This document shows, one piece after another, positions 9,994 through 19,454 of a stretch of 64,000 nucleotides of DNA (positions are counted from its first letter, which is position 1; each line of letters opens with the position of its first letter). A program made the translations under genes and the position numbers. The notes beneath the pieces were generated by a model that did no database searches, was not told where the DNA came from, and saw only the letters and a program-made list of their open reading frames with translations. Where the stretch lies: the NCBI GenBank assembly GCA_937976335.1, contig CALJRW010000050.1, positions 1,335 through 65,334 of the forward strand, in the 5' to 3' direction. Source of the DNA: an uncultured bacterium (GTDB lineage: Bacteria; Bdellovibrionota_C; UBA2361; CALJRW01).

Positions 9994-10053
9994 AGTGGGA
10001 CATCTTATACTAAATCACGATATATGAAAAATTTCCTGTCCCACCGTGGGACA
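9986..10053. promoter_or_regulatory. Two 17-bp perfect palindromes (candidate parS centromere sites) flanking an iteron-like ATCACGATAT
   Basis: TGTCCCACAGTGGGACA (9986-10002) and TGTCCCACCGTGGGACA (10037-10053), immediately 3' of parB. Confidence 0.5.
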
Positions 10054-10101
10054 CTTAAGCTGTAGGATAGGTGATTTGAAACTTAAAAAAGCATCAAATC
10101 A

Positions 10102-10971
10102 TCAAGATAGAAAAGCTCTAAAAATTGCCTGTAAATCTGTTTCTGAGTAGAAATCTACAGTTATTTTTCCCTTCTCATTATTCTTAGAGGAACGAACTAA
10201 ATTTACTTTTAAACCGAGAGCTTTTTGCATTTCATCAATTAGCCTTACATCCTCAGGACTTTTAGCTTTTTGTTTGTTTTTTGCTTTACCTGAACTCTTC
10301 TTTGTTTTCTTTGGACCTAAAGCTTCAATCTCAGTTCTAGTTAAATTATCTATACTAGCTAAAAGCTCACTTCTACGTTTAGGATCTGAAATCTTAGATA
10401 GAGCAAGAATTTTAGACTCGGGTGCTCCCTGTCTTAAAGCATTAAGTAAATCATCAGGTAAATCCAAAAGATCTAAGCTTCTTTGAACTGAGCTCTTAGA
10501 AATGCCTAAACGTCTTGCAATTTCTCTTATAGATAAATCATACGCAGCTTTTAGTGCATCAATTGCATGCGACTTTTCTAAAGAAGTAAGGTTTTGTCTC
10601 TGAATATTTTCAACTAGCTGTATGGCTAAAGTTCTAGCGCCACCATCATCATCAGCAGTATCAACGATTGCAGGCACTGCGCTTAAACCAGCAATTTTAG
10701 AAGCCCTAAATCTTCTCTCGCCGGATACTAAGTTATACTTACCGGGAGTTTTTCCAGGTCTAACCAAAAGAGGAGCAAGAACGCCGTATTCTTTGATTGA
10801 ACTTGCTAACTCATTTAAAGCAGAATCTTCAAAGTATACTCTTGGCTGATTAGTATCTCTTACGATTGCCGCAATAGGAATTTGTCTATAAGGAATACCA
10901 GAGCCTTGTCTCTCTACTATAGTTGGTCCGGTCGATAGTGGGTCTTTTGCTAATCCAAACTTTCTAGCCAT
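10102..10971 (-). CDS. parB: ParB/Spo0J partition protein
   Basis: LVSGERRFRAS ParB box, HTH region SIREIARRLGISKSSVQRSL, 8-nt overlap with parA. Confidence 0.9.
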   Translation of the reverse strand: MARKFGLAKDPLSTGPTIVERQGSGIPYRQIPIAAIVRDTNQPRVYFEDSALNELASSIKEYGVLAPLLVRPGKTPGKYNLVSGERRFRASKIAGLSAVPAIVDTADDDGGARTLAIQLVENIQRQNLTSLEKSHAIDALKAAYDLSIREIARRLGISKSSVQRSLDLLDLPDDLLNALRQGAPESKILALSKISDPKRRSELLASIDNLTRTEIEALGPKKTKKSSGKAKNKQKAKSPEDVRLIDEMQKALGLKVNLVRSSKNNEKGKITVDFYSETDLQAIFRAFLS

Positions 10972-11752
10972 TTAAAATCTCCTCTGCTATTGCACCATAA
11001 TCCTCAGCACCTGAAGACTTTGGAGCATACTCAAAGATAGTTTGCCCCTTAGAAGGTGCTTCAGCAAGTGAAACATTACTACGAATTACACTATCAAAAA
11101 CTAGTTCACCAAAATATGATCTAATAGTTTCTGAAACAGCCCTAGCTAAACGCTTTCTCGCATCGTGCATACATATAAGAACTCCTCCAACTTCAAGTTC
11201 TTGGTTATAAACCCCTCTTACTTGATCAATGGTATCAAGTAACTGTCTTACGCCGTGTAGAGCAAGATACTCGCTCTGAACTGGAATTATCACCTTATTG
11301 CATGCAGCAAGAGCATTTAAGGTTAAAAGACCAAGAGTGGGAGGGCAGTCGATTAGAACTACATCATATTTGTCAGAAATTTTGCTTAAGCTTTTCTTTA
11401 AGAGTAATTCTCTTCCCACAGCGCCACCTAGTTCTAAGTCAGCTGCACTTAACAATAAGCTAGAAGGGGCAACATAAAGATTTTTAGATCTCTCAATAAT
11501 TACTTCATCAACCGTTTTAGTACCTTTTAGAACATCATAAATAGTAAATTCTGGAACAGGTCTTGTTAATTCTGGGTTCTCAGGATTCTCTTCTCCTGAA
11601 AGACCTAAATGTGTAGTTAGATTACTTTGAGCATCTATATCTACAAGTAGGACTTTTTTTCCTTTATTAGCTAAAGCTGAGCCTATATTTACAGTGCTAG
11701 TAGTTTTGCCAACACCACCTTTTTGATTTAAAATACTAATTATTACAGACAT
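10964..11752 (-). CDS. parA: ParA/Soj partition ATPase
   Basis: Deviant Walker A NQKGGVGKTT, 262 aa. Confidence 0.9.
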   Translation of the reverse strand: MSVIISILNQKGGVGKTTSTVNIGSALANKGKKVLLVDIDAQSNLTTHLGLSGEENPENPELTRPVPEFTIYDVLKGTKTVDEVIIERSKNLYVAPSSLLLSAADLELGGAVGRELLLKKSLSKISDKYDVVLIDCPPTLGLLTLNALAACNKVIIPVQSEYLALHGVRQLLDTIDQVRGVYNQELEVGGVLICMHDARKRLARAVSETIRSYFGELVFDSVIRSNVSLAEAPSKGQTIFEYAPKSSGAEDYGAIAEEILNG

Positions 11753-12169
11753 TTAGTTTTAAGCTCCCCTTAGATGAATTACCTAGATAACATAAGTTAT
11801 CGTGATCTTCCATAAAAATACAACAATTCTTTTCATTCTTAAATAAAAAACTACATATCAGATCACGATTGACGAATTTGCATATCGTGTATTGATATTA
11901 ATTATTATACATAGTGAAACGAAATAAGCTTATATAGTGCATGGAAGTTAGTATTCACGTGTAACGAAATTAGCAATATCGTGACTCAAATTAAGGTTAA
12001 ACGTGCTCTGAAGTTAGAACTCTCGTGATTAGAAATAAGTTATATCGTGAAACAACATAAAAAAAGTTAGATAAACTTCTGAAATTAGCTTGATATTTGT
12101 AAGCTTACTAAATAACAATATAACTTATTTAACTTTGTTAAACTACAAAGGTTGGTTTAGAATAAATTT
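11753..12169. other. Putative iteron-type replication origin (oriV-like): iteron array plus AT-rich region between divergent parA and rep
   Basis: Six or more copies of core (A)TCGTGA in both orientations: AAGTTATCGTGATC 11794, GATCACGATTG 11861, CATATCGTGT 11881, AATATCGTGAC 11965, CTCTCGTGATT 12020, AAGTTATATCGTGAAAC 12037. The companion motifs GAAGTTAG and ACGAAAT(T)AGC are also repeated. AT-rich stretch 12054-12169. Confidence 0.6.
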
Positions 12170-13690
12170 ATGAGTAATTCCGAAAGTTCAAATAATATTA
12201 GAACTTCAAAACATGCAGGTATTCAAATTTCTCGAGATGAAATGAATCTTGCTGAATTTCCTATTACGGTACTTTCAACTAGAAGTAATCCAAATATTAA
12301 AACTCTTGAGTTTAGTGATAACATTATTGGGAAAAACGGAAAAGAAACAAAGCGTTCTTGGATAATTACAGGAGCTGATAAATTTGGCCTTCCTACATCT
12401 TCAGATGATGAAGTTTTACTAGGTCTTTTAAAGCTTTCTGTTGATGAAGGTTTAAATGAACCAAAAATTTATTTTACTCGTTATGAGTTATTAAAAATAC
12501 TTCGCTGGACTACTGAAGGACGAAGCTACAAACGTTTGCAAAATGCTCTGGATAGGTTAAGTGGGGTCAGGATTAAGGCCACTAATGCCTTTTATGACAA
12601 TGAATCTAAATCTCATAGTACTAAAAACTTTGGCTTAATTGATGCCTATGAGATTAATGATGGAAGAGATGCTGGAGTTAAACCTAGCTTCTTTATTTGG
12701 AGTGACGAACTATTTAAATCCTTTAAGAGTGGATTTATTAAAAAGCTAGATTTAGATTATTTTCTAAGGCTTAGGAGTGCCGTTTCTAAAAGATTATACA
12801 GATATCTTGATAAACATTTTTGGTACAAGTCTAAAATAAAAATAAATTTGTTCATACTAGCGCACGAAAAAATAGGCGTCTCCAGAAATTACAAGTATGC
12901 AAGTGCTCTAAGACAACAACTAGATCCGGCAATTGAAGAATTAATTGCTTCAGGTTTTATTTCTGAATGTGAATATGTAGGAAAAGGTAAGGGAACTGAA
13001 GTAATTTTTTATTCTGGAAATGCTCGTCCAAGAGTTTTGGATAAAGGGAAAAAAACTAATAATCAAGAAACTCCTAAAAAAAATACCCAAATTAGTATTA
13101 ACTTATCAAAAAAACCATTAAAATTTGACGACTCCGAATCAAACAAAAAAATGAACTTAAGAGACTCGCTCTTATCTAAATTACGAAATAGAGGGTTAAA
13201 AGAAAAACAAGCTGAAGCACTGCTTCCAGATAATCAAAATACATTGGAAAGAATTGATAAAATTATTGTTTATTTTGATAATCTTGTAAGAAATGATTCC
13301 GTAAGAATTTCAAGAAGTCCTGTTGGATTTTTATATAGAGCTGTTGAAAAGCCTCATGAATTTGTTTTGCCTGATGAAGCAATGAGTTCAAAAACTAAGC
13401 GCTCAAGTGTAGTTATTAGTAAGGAATCTGATCAATCAAAACATAGAAAGGAATATGAAAAAGATAGAGCGAAACAGATAGTAAATATAAAAAGAGAAAT
13501 AGAAGCTAATATGCTGTTACAAATTAGATCTGAAACTGAGAAAGGCTTAGTGCAGTTCAAAGAAAAAATTCCAAGAGAGCAATATGAAGCTTCAATAGAA
13601 CACCGAGTTGATGAACACTTAGCAAAGCTTTTTGCTATTCCTACATTTGAAGAATGGAGTAGGGGTGAAGAATGGAGTAGGGGAGAGTAG
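12170..13690 (+). CDS. Plasmid-type replication initiator protein (RepA-like)
   Basis: 506 aa immediately downstream of the iteron array. The N-terminal RDEMNLAEFPITVLS is reminiscent of the 'replication initiator protein A' family. The C-terminus ends in the tandem EEWSRGE repeat. Call rests on position and weak recall. Confidence 0.5.
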   Translation: MSNSESSNNIRTSKHAGIQISRDEMNLAEFPITVLSTRSNPNIKTLEFSDNIIGKNGKETKRSWIITGADKFGLPTSSDDEVLLGLLKLSVDEGLNEPKIYFTRYELLKILRWTTEGRSYKRLQNALDRLSGVRIKATNAFYDNESKSHSTKNFGLIDAYEINDGRDAGVKPSFFIWSDELFKSFKSGFIKKLDLDYFLRLRSAVSKRLYRYLDKHFWYKSKIKINLFILAHEKIGVSRNYKYASALRQQLDPAIEELIASGFISECEYVGKGKGTEVIFYSGNARPRVLDKGKKTNNQETPKKNTQISINLSKKPLKFDDSESNKKMNLRDSLLSKLRNRGLKEKQAEALLPDNQNTLERIDKIIVYFDNLVRNDSVRISRSPVGFLYRAVEKPHEFVLPDEAMSSKTKRSSVVISKESDQSKHRKEYEKDRAKQIVNIKREIEANMLLQIRSETEKGLVQFKEKIPREQYEASIEHRVDEHLAKLFAIPTFEEWSRGEEWSRGE

Positions 13691-13715
13691 CTTTTTCGTA
13701 ACGCTTATTTTTTCA

Positions 13716-13725
13716 AATTCAGGTT
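13716..13725 (+). repeat. AATTCAGGTT intergenic motif, copy 1 (26 nt after rep stop)
   Basis: Exact 10-mer. Other copies at 20375-20384 (+), 48404-48413 (+), 52660-52669 (+), 5717-5726 (-) and 14383-14392 (-), plus a degenerate copy AATTCAGATT at 16887-16896. Confidence 0.7.
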
Positions 13726-13759
13726 TAGAGCATGTAAATTTAAATGCTAGGAAGTAGCC

Positions 13760-14389
13760 ATGACAAAGGAAATAGAGAATTGGGTTAGCAAACTTTTAAT
13801 CTCACCTGGGCAAAGTACACTTGGAGTTTGTGGATTTGGTGGAACCGGTAAATCTACGGTTATGCGTGATTTAAGTGCAAAATTTCGAGATTCTTGCGTT
13901 GTTTTTGAAACAGACTGGTACATGACTCATAGCAGTAAAGAAAGGAGGGAGGGGATAGCTCGCGCCATAGAGAGCAATATAGAACATGAATTAAATTTTT
14001 GGAGCTCCCCAATTAATTGGTACGATTGGCAAGAATTAACAAATGATTTGTCAGAACTAATGGCTGAAGGCCAACTTTTGAGACAAGGTTTCTGGCGTTC
14101 ATCAACAGGGGAAAAGGATTTATCCATATCTCTTTCATTAAAAGCAAATGCTGTTATTTTAGTCGATGGTATATATTTGCTTCACGATCCAATAAGAAGC
14201 TTGTTAGATGCAGTAATAATGCTCGAAGTTGATGTAGAAGAAGCCTTGGCTAGGTCTATAGCTCGGGATAAACATCGTAGTCCGCCATCCCGTCAAGAGT
14301 TTAAGAAGCAAGTAGCATATTCTCATGATATTCCTTATTTCGAAAAATGGAGAAGTTCTATAGATGAAATAGTTATGTTTGAAACCTGA
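13760..14389 (+). CDS. P-loop kinase, uridine kinase/phosphoribulokinase family
   Basis: GFGGTGKST Walker A, and ILVDGIY...LLDAVIMLEVDVEEALARSIARD matching the udk/PRK pattern. Confidence 0.6.
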   Translation: MTKEIENWVSKLLISPGQSTLGVCGFGGTGKSTVMRDLSAKFRDSCVVFETDWYMTHSSKERREGIARAIESNIEHELNFWSSPINWYDWQELTNDLSELMAEGQLLRQGFWRSSTGEKDLSISLSLKANAVILVDGIYLLHDPIRSLLDAVIMLEVDVEEALARSIARDKHRSPPSRQEFKKQVAYSHDIPYFEKWRSSIDEIVMFET

Positions 14390-14406
14390 ATTATGAAAAA
14401 TGTCTA

Positions 14407-15579
14407 TTATTCAGAAATTACTTTTTGAGGTAATTTAAACTCTTCAAAATCGACATCAAGTTTATTTCTAAGAGTCTTAAAACTCAAAAAATCTAAAGCA
14501 CCTACTATAGTTATAGCTTTTCCTTCTCTTCCAGCTCTACCGGTTCTCCCAGTTCTGTGCACATAGCTATCAAAGGCATCAGGAACGCCAACGTTGATTA
14601 CTAAGTCAATTTTTGGGATATCAATTCCACGCGCAGCAATGTCAGTTGCAATTAAGTATTTGAGATCTCCTGCTCTAATTTTGCTCATTATTTTAGTTCG
14701 TTGGTTTTGATTTAAATCAGAGTTAATTTTCAAAGCATCATAATTTTTGCGACGTAAATAAACTTCAATAAGCTCTGTTTCAGATTTTCTGTTACAAAAA
14801 ATAATAGCTGATTCAGGTTTTACTGTATCAAGAATGGAGCAAACTGCGAGTGGTTTATCAGTTACTTGTCCCCCTACATTTGTGTATAAGTGTTCAATTT
14901 GAGGAGGTTTTTCTTCAAATGTACTCGCAGTTATTTGAATGGGTTCTTTAAGATATTTTTCTCCTAGCATTACTACTCTTGGCGATACTGTAGCTGAAAC
15001 AAATAGTCCTTGAGTGTGTTTTGGGATTTCTTTAATAATTGATTCAACATCTTGAGATAAACCCATCGAAAACATTTCATCTGCTTCATCTAAGACAAAA
15101 ACTTCACAATCTCTAACATCAAGTGTTTTTTTCTTAAGGAAATCGAGCATACGGCCAGGTGTGCCTACAACAATTCTTGGATCGTTTTTTAATCCACTTT
15201 CTTGTTTACCGTAAGGCATACCACCAATAATTAGTACAGGCTTAAGATCTTCTTTAAGACTACTTAAAACATCTGCTATCTGAATAGCAAGCTCCCTAGT
15301 AGGTGTTATAACAACTCCAAAAGTATAATTTACTTTTTCTTTTTTAGCGACTTGGTTCATTATTTCAATAAGCGGTAGGCCAAAAGCTAAGGTTTTGCCA
15401 CTTCCGGTACTAGCTTGAACTATCAAATCTTTTCCTTTGAGTGTTGGAGGAATACTTAGTGTTTGTACAATTGTAGCTTTTTTAAATCCAAGATTTTTCA
15501 CTGTATTTAAAAGTTCTTTGTCTTTTAGAAGCTTTGAAAATTCAAGAAGCTTATGTTCGTTTGTTTTGTTAGTTGTCAT
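14407..15579 (-). CDS. DEAD-box ATP-dependent RNA helicase
   Basis: Q motif region, ASTGSGKT, DEAD, SAT and HRTGRTGRAG motifs. Confidence 0.9.
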   Translation of the reverse strand: MTTNKTNEHKLLEFSKLLKDKELLNTVKNLGFKKATIVQTLSIPPTLKGKDLIVQASTGSGKTLAFGLPLIEIMNQVAKKEKVNYTFGVVITPTRELAIQIADVLSSLKEDLKPVLIIGGMPYGKQESGLKNDPRIVVGTPGRMLDFLKKKTLDVRDCEVFVLDEADEMFSMGLSQDVESIIKEIPKHTQGLFVSATVSPRVVMLGEKYLKEPIQITASTFEEKPPQIEHLYTNVGGQVTDKPLAVCSILDTVKPESAIIFCNRKSETELIEVYLRRKNYDALKINSDLNQNQRTKIMSKIRAGDLKYLIATDIAARGIDIPKIDLVINVGVPDAFDSYVHRTGRTGRAGREGKAITIVGALDFLSFKTLRNKLDVDFEEFKLPQKVISE

Positions 15580-15867
15580 ATAAAGGGTTTGTTAAATAGT
15601 AAAATTTTGAAAATATTTTCAATATAAATCTGCTATACTTCTCGACATTTGGTTTAACCATTTTTTTCTTGAACTTTATGCATAGCATAAATTCATATTT
15701 ATTCGTTCGATCAGTATATGTGTTTATTTGGGCAAAAAATGGCTTCACATTGATTACTTAAGGCTTGCAACATAAACTTATAGTAGCTTAATAATTTTCT
15801 TCATGCATTAGACATTTTTTATATTTAAGTAGCAAATTTAGAGTTTCTTCGGCCCTTTTATGTATTT

Positions 15868-16848
15868 TTAAACTTTCACAGATCTCAATTTCAAAAACTT
15901 CTTCTGATTTCGAATAAAAATCCAAATTCCAGGAATTCCAACAACTAAGTATTGAATAATATGTTGCGTAATAACCATAGGCAGTGCAATTTCTTGAAAT
16001 ACACCATCTTCTATAAGAACTTTTGAAGTTACTGCTTCAATAACACCTATTCCACCAGGTGCAGCTGGAATGAGAGAGCTAAAGTTTACAGCAACCATAA
16101 ATAGGGCTGTTCTAGAAAAGTTAAACTCAACACCAAAAGCATAAAGAATTGCAATATATACGCAAATTTCAGTTGCCCATACTGCTAAAGACCACAGAAA
16201 TAGAATAGGAGCCCTCTTTCTTGTTCCTACTGGGCTAATTCCTTCGATAAATAGTTCCAATCTATCTAAGATATAGAGAAGATATTTATTTTTAAATCTT
16301 TCACTTATTTTTCTAAGTATTTTAAAAATAGAGTTTTTTTTGAAAATCACTAAAAATACAAGAAGTCCAGCCACAAAAAAAAGTAAGGCAACCCAATAGA
16401 GAGCAGAGGAGGTAGAACCTAAATTTTTAGTTCCTAAAAAAGCTAAAAATAAAAGACTGATTGTTATACCATCTGCTAATCTTTCAGTAGCAATTGTTGC
16501 AAGTACTGTAGTTCTTTTTTCTCCAGTAACTTTTGAGCCAGCATGCGCTCTTGCAATTTCTCCGGCCTTGGCAGGGAGTAAATTGTTCATAAAGAAACCA
16601 AAGAAAGTGATTTTAGTGCTATCTCCAACACTAATATTTTTATTTGGAAAGAGCTGAACCCATCTAAAAGATCGAATTAGGTAAGAAAGAACAGTTAAAA
16701 GTATAGCAAAAATTACAAAGTGCGGTTTTGCTGATTTAATATATTCCCAAGCTTTATCCCAATCTAGTCCTTCGAAAGCAAGAAAAAGAGCAAGAAATGT
16801 AATTATCCATGGGAGGATATATTTTAGAAAATTTGTAAGATTTTTCAA
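15868..16848 (-). CDS. Polytopic membrane protein (possibly UPF0104 / lysylphosphatidylglycerol-synthase TM-domain family)
   Basis: 326 aa with about eight predicted TM helices. Family assignment is tentative. Confidence 0.35.
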   Translation of the reverse strand: MKNLTNFLKYILPWIITFLALFLAFEGLDWDKAWEYIKSAKPHFVIFAILLTVLSYLIRSFRWVQLFPNKNISVGDSTKITFFGFFMNNLLPAKAGEIARAHAGSKVTGEKRTTVLATIATERLADGITISLLFLAFLGTKNLGSTSSALYWVALLFFVAGLLVFLVIFKKNSIFKILRKISERFKNKYLLYILDRLELFIEGISPVGTRKRAPILFLWSLAVWATEICVYIAILYAFGVEFNFSRTALFMVAVNFSSLIPAAPGGIGVIEAVTSKVLIEDGVFQEIALPMVITQHIIQYLVVGIPGIWIFIRNQKKFLKLRSVKV

Positions 16849-16997
16849 TTTATCTAAATATTCATTAAAATGTTAGGTTTTACCAAAATTCAGATTATAA
16901 GTATTACTTAAAGTTTAAGAGTCTTCAAGTCTGGGGTTTGAGGAGAACAATAATACAAAAAATTTTTTAGGGAAATTCTCTTTGGATATAAAGTGTT

Positions 16998-17636
16998 TTA
17001 AGTAATAAAAGCAAAAATAATCATAAAAACAAACATCAAACCAATACAACTACCAATAACAGAAGCAGCAAAAGGCAGACTTTTATTTTTCGCAATACCT
17101 GTCATCCAAGGTATTGCAATATAAAAAAGATAAAATCCGTAACAGGCGGCTCCGAAGTTTAATAATCTAAACAGGAAGTTAGGGAATAAGTTTAAAATTC
17201 CAGCTAGGATTCCAGGCGTTGCACAGTATCCATAATATTGTATAGCAGTGTTTAATTCAATAGATCCAGCAAATTTACTAGTAAAGAACTTTATTACATG
17301 TCCACCAATAAATAATGAAATAACTAATATTACGTAATTAATTATACAACTCCAGAAGCCTATAAAAATATCAGAGCCAGTAAAAAGAGCAGAAATAAAA
17401 AAAGTAATACTAGGAACTGCGGCAATAAAAAGCCAGTAGTTTAAAAGAAAATCTTTAACATTTGAAGATTTTTTAATCTCTTCATAAGTTTCTTTTGGGT
17501 TTGTAATAAAGTTAAAAGCTTTTAAAAAGGCTGGATATATTTTATATATAAAATCTCTCTCATCTTCTTGTCTGAGTCTTTCTTGTATGACATTTTTTTG
17601 GTTAGTATTTCGTAAATTGTGTTTATTTCTATCCAT
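16998..17636 (-). CDS. Membrane protein (possibly Yip1-domain family)
   Basis: 212 aa. Hydrophilic N-terminus plus five TM helices. Confidence 0.3.
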   Translation of the reverse strand: MDRNKHNLRNTNQKNVIQERLRQEDERDFIYKIYPAFLKAFNFITNPKETYEEIKKSSNVKDFLLNYWLFIAAVPSITFFISALFTGSDIFIGFWSCIINYVILVISLFIGGHVIKFFTSKFAGSIELNTAIQYYGYCATPGILAGILNLFPNFLFRLLNFGAACYGFYLFYIAIPWMTGIAKNKSLPFAASVIGSCIGLMFVFMIIFAFIT

Positions 17637-17945
17637 TGACCTGAATAATAAAAGCTAGCCTTTATTCAATCAAGTGCTAATATGAAAAAGCTCTAATTTA
17701 TTAAGAGCATTTAGTTTTTATGATCATAAGACTTAAGCCCATGATATACAGCAAAAGCAACAATCAAAGCATGTAGCGAAGAGTAGATAAAACCTCGCCA
17801 GTTATCTGAAAAGTATGCAACCCAAGAGAGTCTTAGAATAATAACTAAAAGAAGTATAGTAATTACATTTCTTAGTCTATTTTGAAATACCATAAGACAG
17901 CCAAAAATAGAGTTTATTTTAAACTCTATTGAAGATTTTTAACTT

Positions 17946-18272
17946 CTATCTTAGTAAAGCGAGTCTTTCTTGAACATTCTCAGGGTTTTTTTCATAAGAT
18001 CTGAGGGTTTGTTGAAGTTCAATTGGATCTAAATCTAAATGTAAGCACACCCACGCAAAGCTAAACGCTTTTTTAGGTTTTAACTTACCAAATAGCCATT
18101 GTCTTGCACTTCTTACAATGTGTCTTTCACAATGTGCAGTTCCAAAAGCATCACATATTGCGCGTGATAAAACTGCAGCAAGTAAATTCCTTTCGGGTTT
18201 GACTGCCGATTGTGATTCTTGTCCTTCATCGTTATCTGAATTAAATCTGCCTAAAGCTGACGCGTTACTCAT
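17946..18272 (-). CDS. Hypothetical protein, locally elevated GC
   Basis: 108 aa, no recognised motif. Composition differs from neighbours. Followed by a 610-nt AT-rich non-coding stretch. Confidence 0.4.
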   Translation of the reverse strand: MSNASALGRFNSDNDEGQESQSAVKPERNLLAAVLSRAICDAFGTAHCERHIVRSARQWLFGKLKPKKAFSFAWVCLHLDLDPIELQQTLRSYEKNPENVQERLALLR

Positions 18273-18884
18273 TTGTTACATCTCCCTTATGTAATTAAAT
18301 TAATTTTTTTATATCTTAATAACAAACTAGTGGTGGGTTTATTATCAAGAAGGTTACAAGTGTGTGGTGGCATAAAATTGGTGTTGTGGTAACAAGCTAA
18401 ATCATTCAAAATGTTTTTATTACTTCTCATGCTATGGTTATTTTTATGGTTATTTTGAGAAGATAGTTTAATCATATTTATTTAGTTCTACTTCTAAATT
18501 AATTAGTATGTAAATTAATAGCTTGTATTTCTTAAAACATTATTTATCTAACAGATTTTAATCTGAAAGAAGCAAGTTAAAACCTACAGAGTTTAAAAAA
18601 GAGTTAAAAAAAGTTTAATTAAGTAAAAATATAAAAATTAAACCTATATCACAGCTTTTAACTACTTAAAGTACGGTCGTCAAGAGAATTAAGCATTTAA
18701 AAGCATTTTAAGGTATAAAGTAGCTAATTTATTACAAATTACTTAAAGTTGTTTTATCTGATAAAACATAAGGCGCGATTAATAAAACAGAAGATTCTAA
18801 TCTTTCTATGTAGGTATTTGACTTTGTTATATTTTTAATTTAATTTCTATCTTTAAAATTTAAAGCTAAATTTAGATAAAAATT

Positions 18885-19448
18885 ATGACAAATCAAAGAA
18901 AATTATTTGTAAGCAACATTGATTTTGAGGTTAATGAAACCACTCTTAAGGATATGTTTGGAGAGCACGGAACCCCATTAAGTGTAGTAATTGCCGTAGA
19001 TAAAGAAACAAAACGTTCTAAAGGTTTTGCTTTTGTTGAAATGTCTTCTGAAGACGAAGCAAAGAAAGCTGTAGAAGCTCTTAACGATTCTAAAGTTAAT
19101 GGTCGTTCAATGAAAGTAACCTATGATAAGGGAAGTGGTGGTCAAACAAAAAGTTTTTCTGGAGGCCCAAACAAGAGAGGTGGTCACGGTGGAAAAAAGC
19201 AAAGAGAAATGCTTCCTCCAATTCAACGTATTCAGTTATTTAGAAAGAAAACTAAATCAGATCCATTTACTAGCGATCCTAAACGAACTACAGATTATCG
19301 TGATGTAGCTTTTCTCGCTCAGTATTTAAGTGAAACTGGAAAAATTCAATCGAGAAAACATACAGGGCTTAGTGCATTTCATCAAAGAAAAATTACTAAA
19401 GCGATAAAACGTGCTCAAAGTCTAGGTTTAATGCCATATAGTCGATAA
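18885..19448 (+). CDS. rpsR: RRM (RNA-recognition motif) domain fused to 30S ribosomal protein bS18
   Basis: N-terminus: RNP-1-like KGFAFVEM and RNP-2-like LFVSNI. Gly-rich linker. C-terminus DYRDVAFLAQYLSETGKIQSRKHTGLSAFHQRKITKAIKRAQSLGLMPY aligns to the bS18 core DYKD..L..FI.E.GKI.P.R.TG..AK.QR.L..AIKRAR.L.LLPY. Confidence 0.75.
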   Translation: MTNQRKLFVSNIDFEVNETTLKDMFGEHGTPLSVVIAVDKETKRSKGFAFVEMSSEDEAKKAVEALNDSKVNGRSMKVTYDKGSGGQTKSFSGGPNKRGGHGGKKQREMLPPIQRIQLFRKKTKSDPFTSDPKRTTDYRDVAFLAQYLSETGKIQSRKHTGLSAFHQRKITKAIKRAQSLGLMPYSR

Positions 19449-19454
19449 GGCTAA

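Noticed and set aside
10274-10849. Plus-strand ORFs of 70 and 75 aa inside parB, with similar antisense or short ORFs at 2377-2577, 24099-24284, 24534-24794, 31615-31899, 37254-37667, 38178-38459, 40277-40537, 47422-47793, 51954-52412, 54402-55232 and 62177-62395
   Set aside because: All are antisense to or overlap strongly supported genes and lack motifs, so they are judged to be six-frame noise.
11794-12053. Possibility that the repeated TTATCGTGA motifs are DnaA boxes of a chromosomal oriC
   Set aside because: They differ from the TTATCCACA consensus at three positions. No dnaA or dnaN is nearby. A Rep-like gene is adjacent instead.
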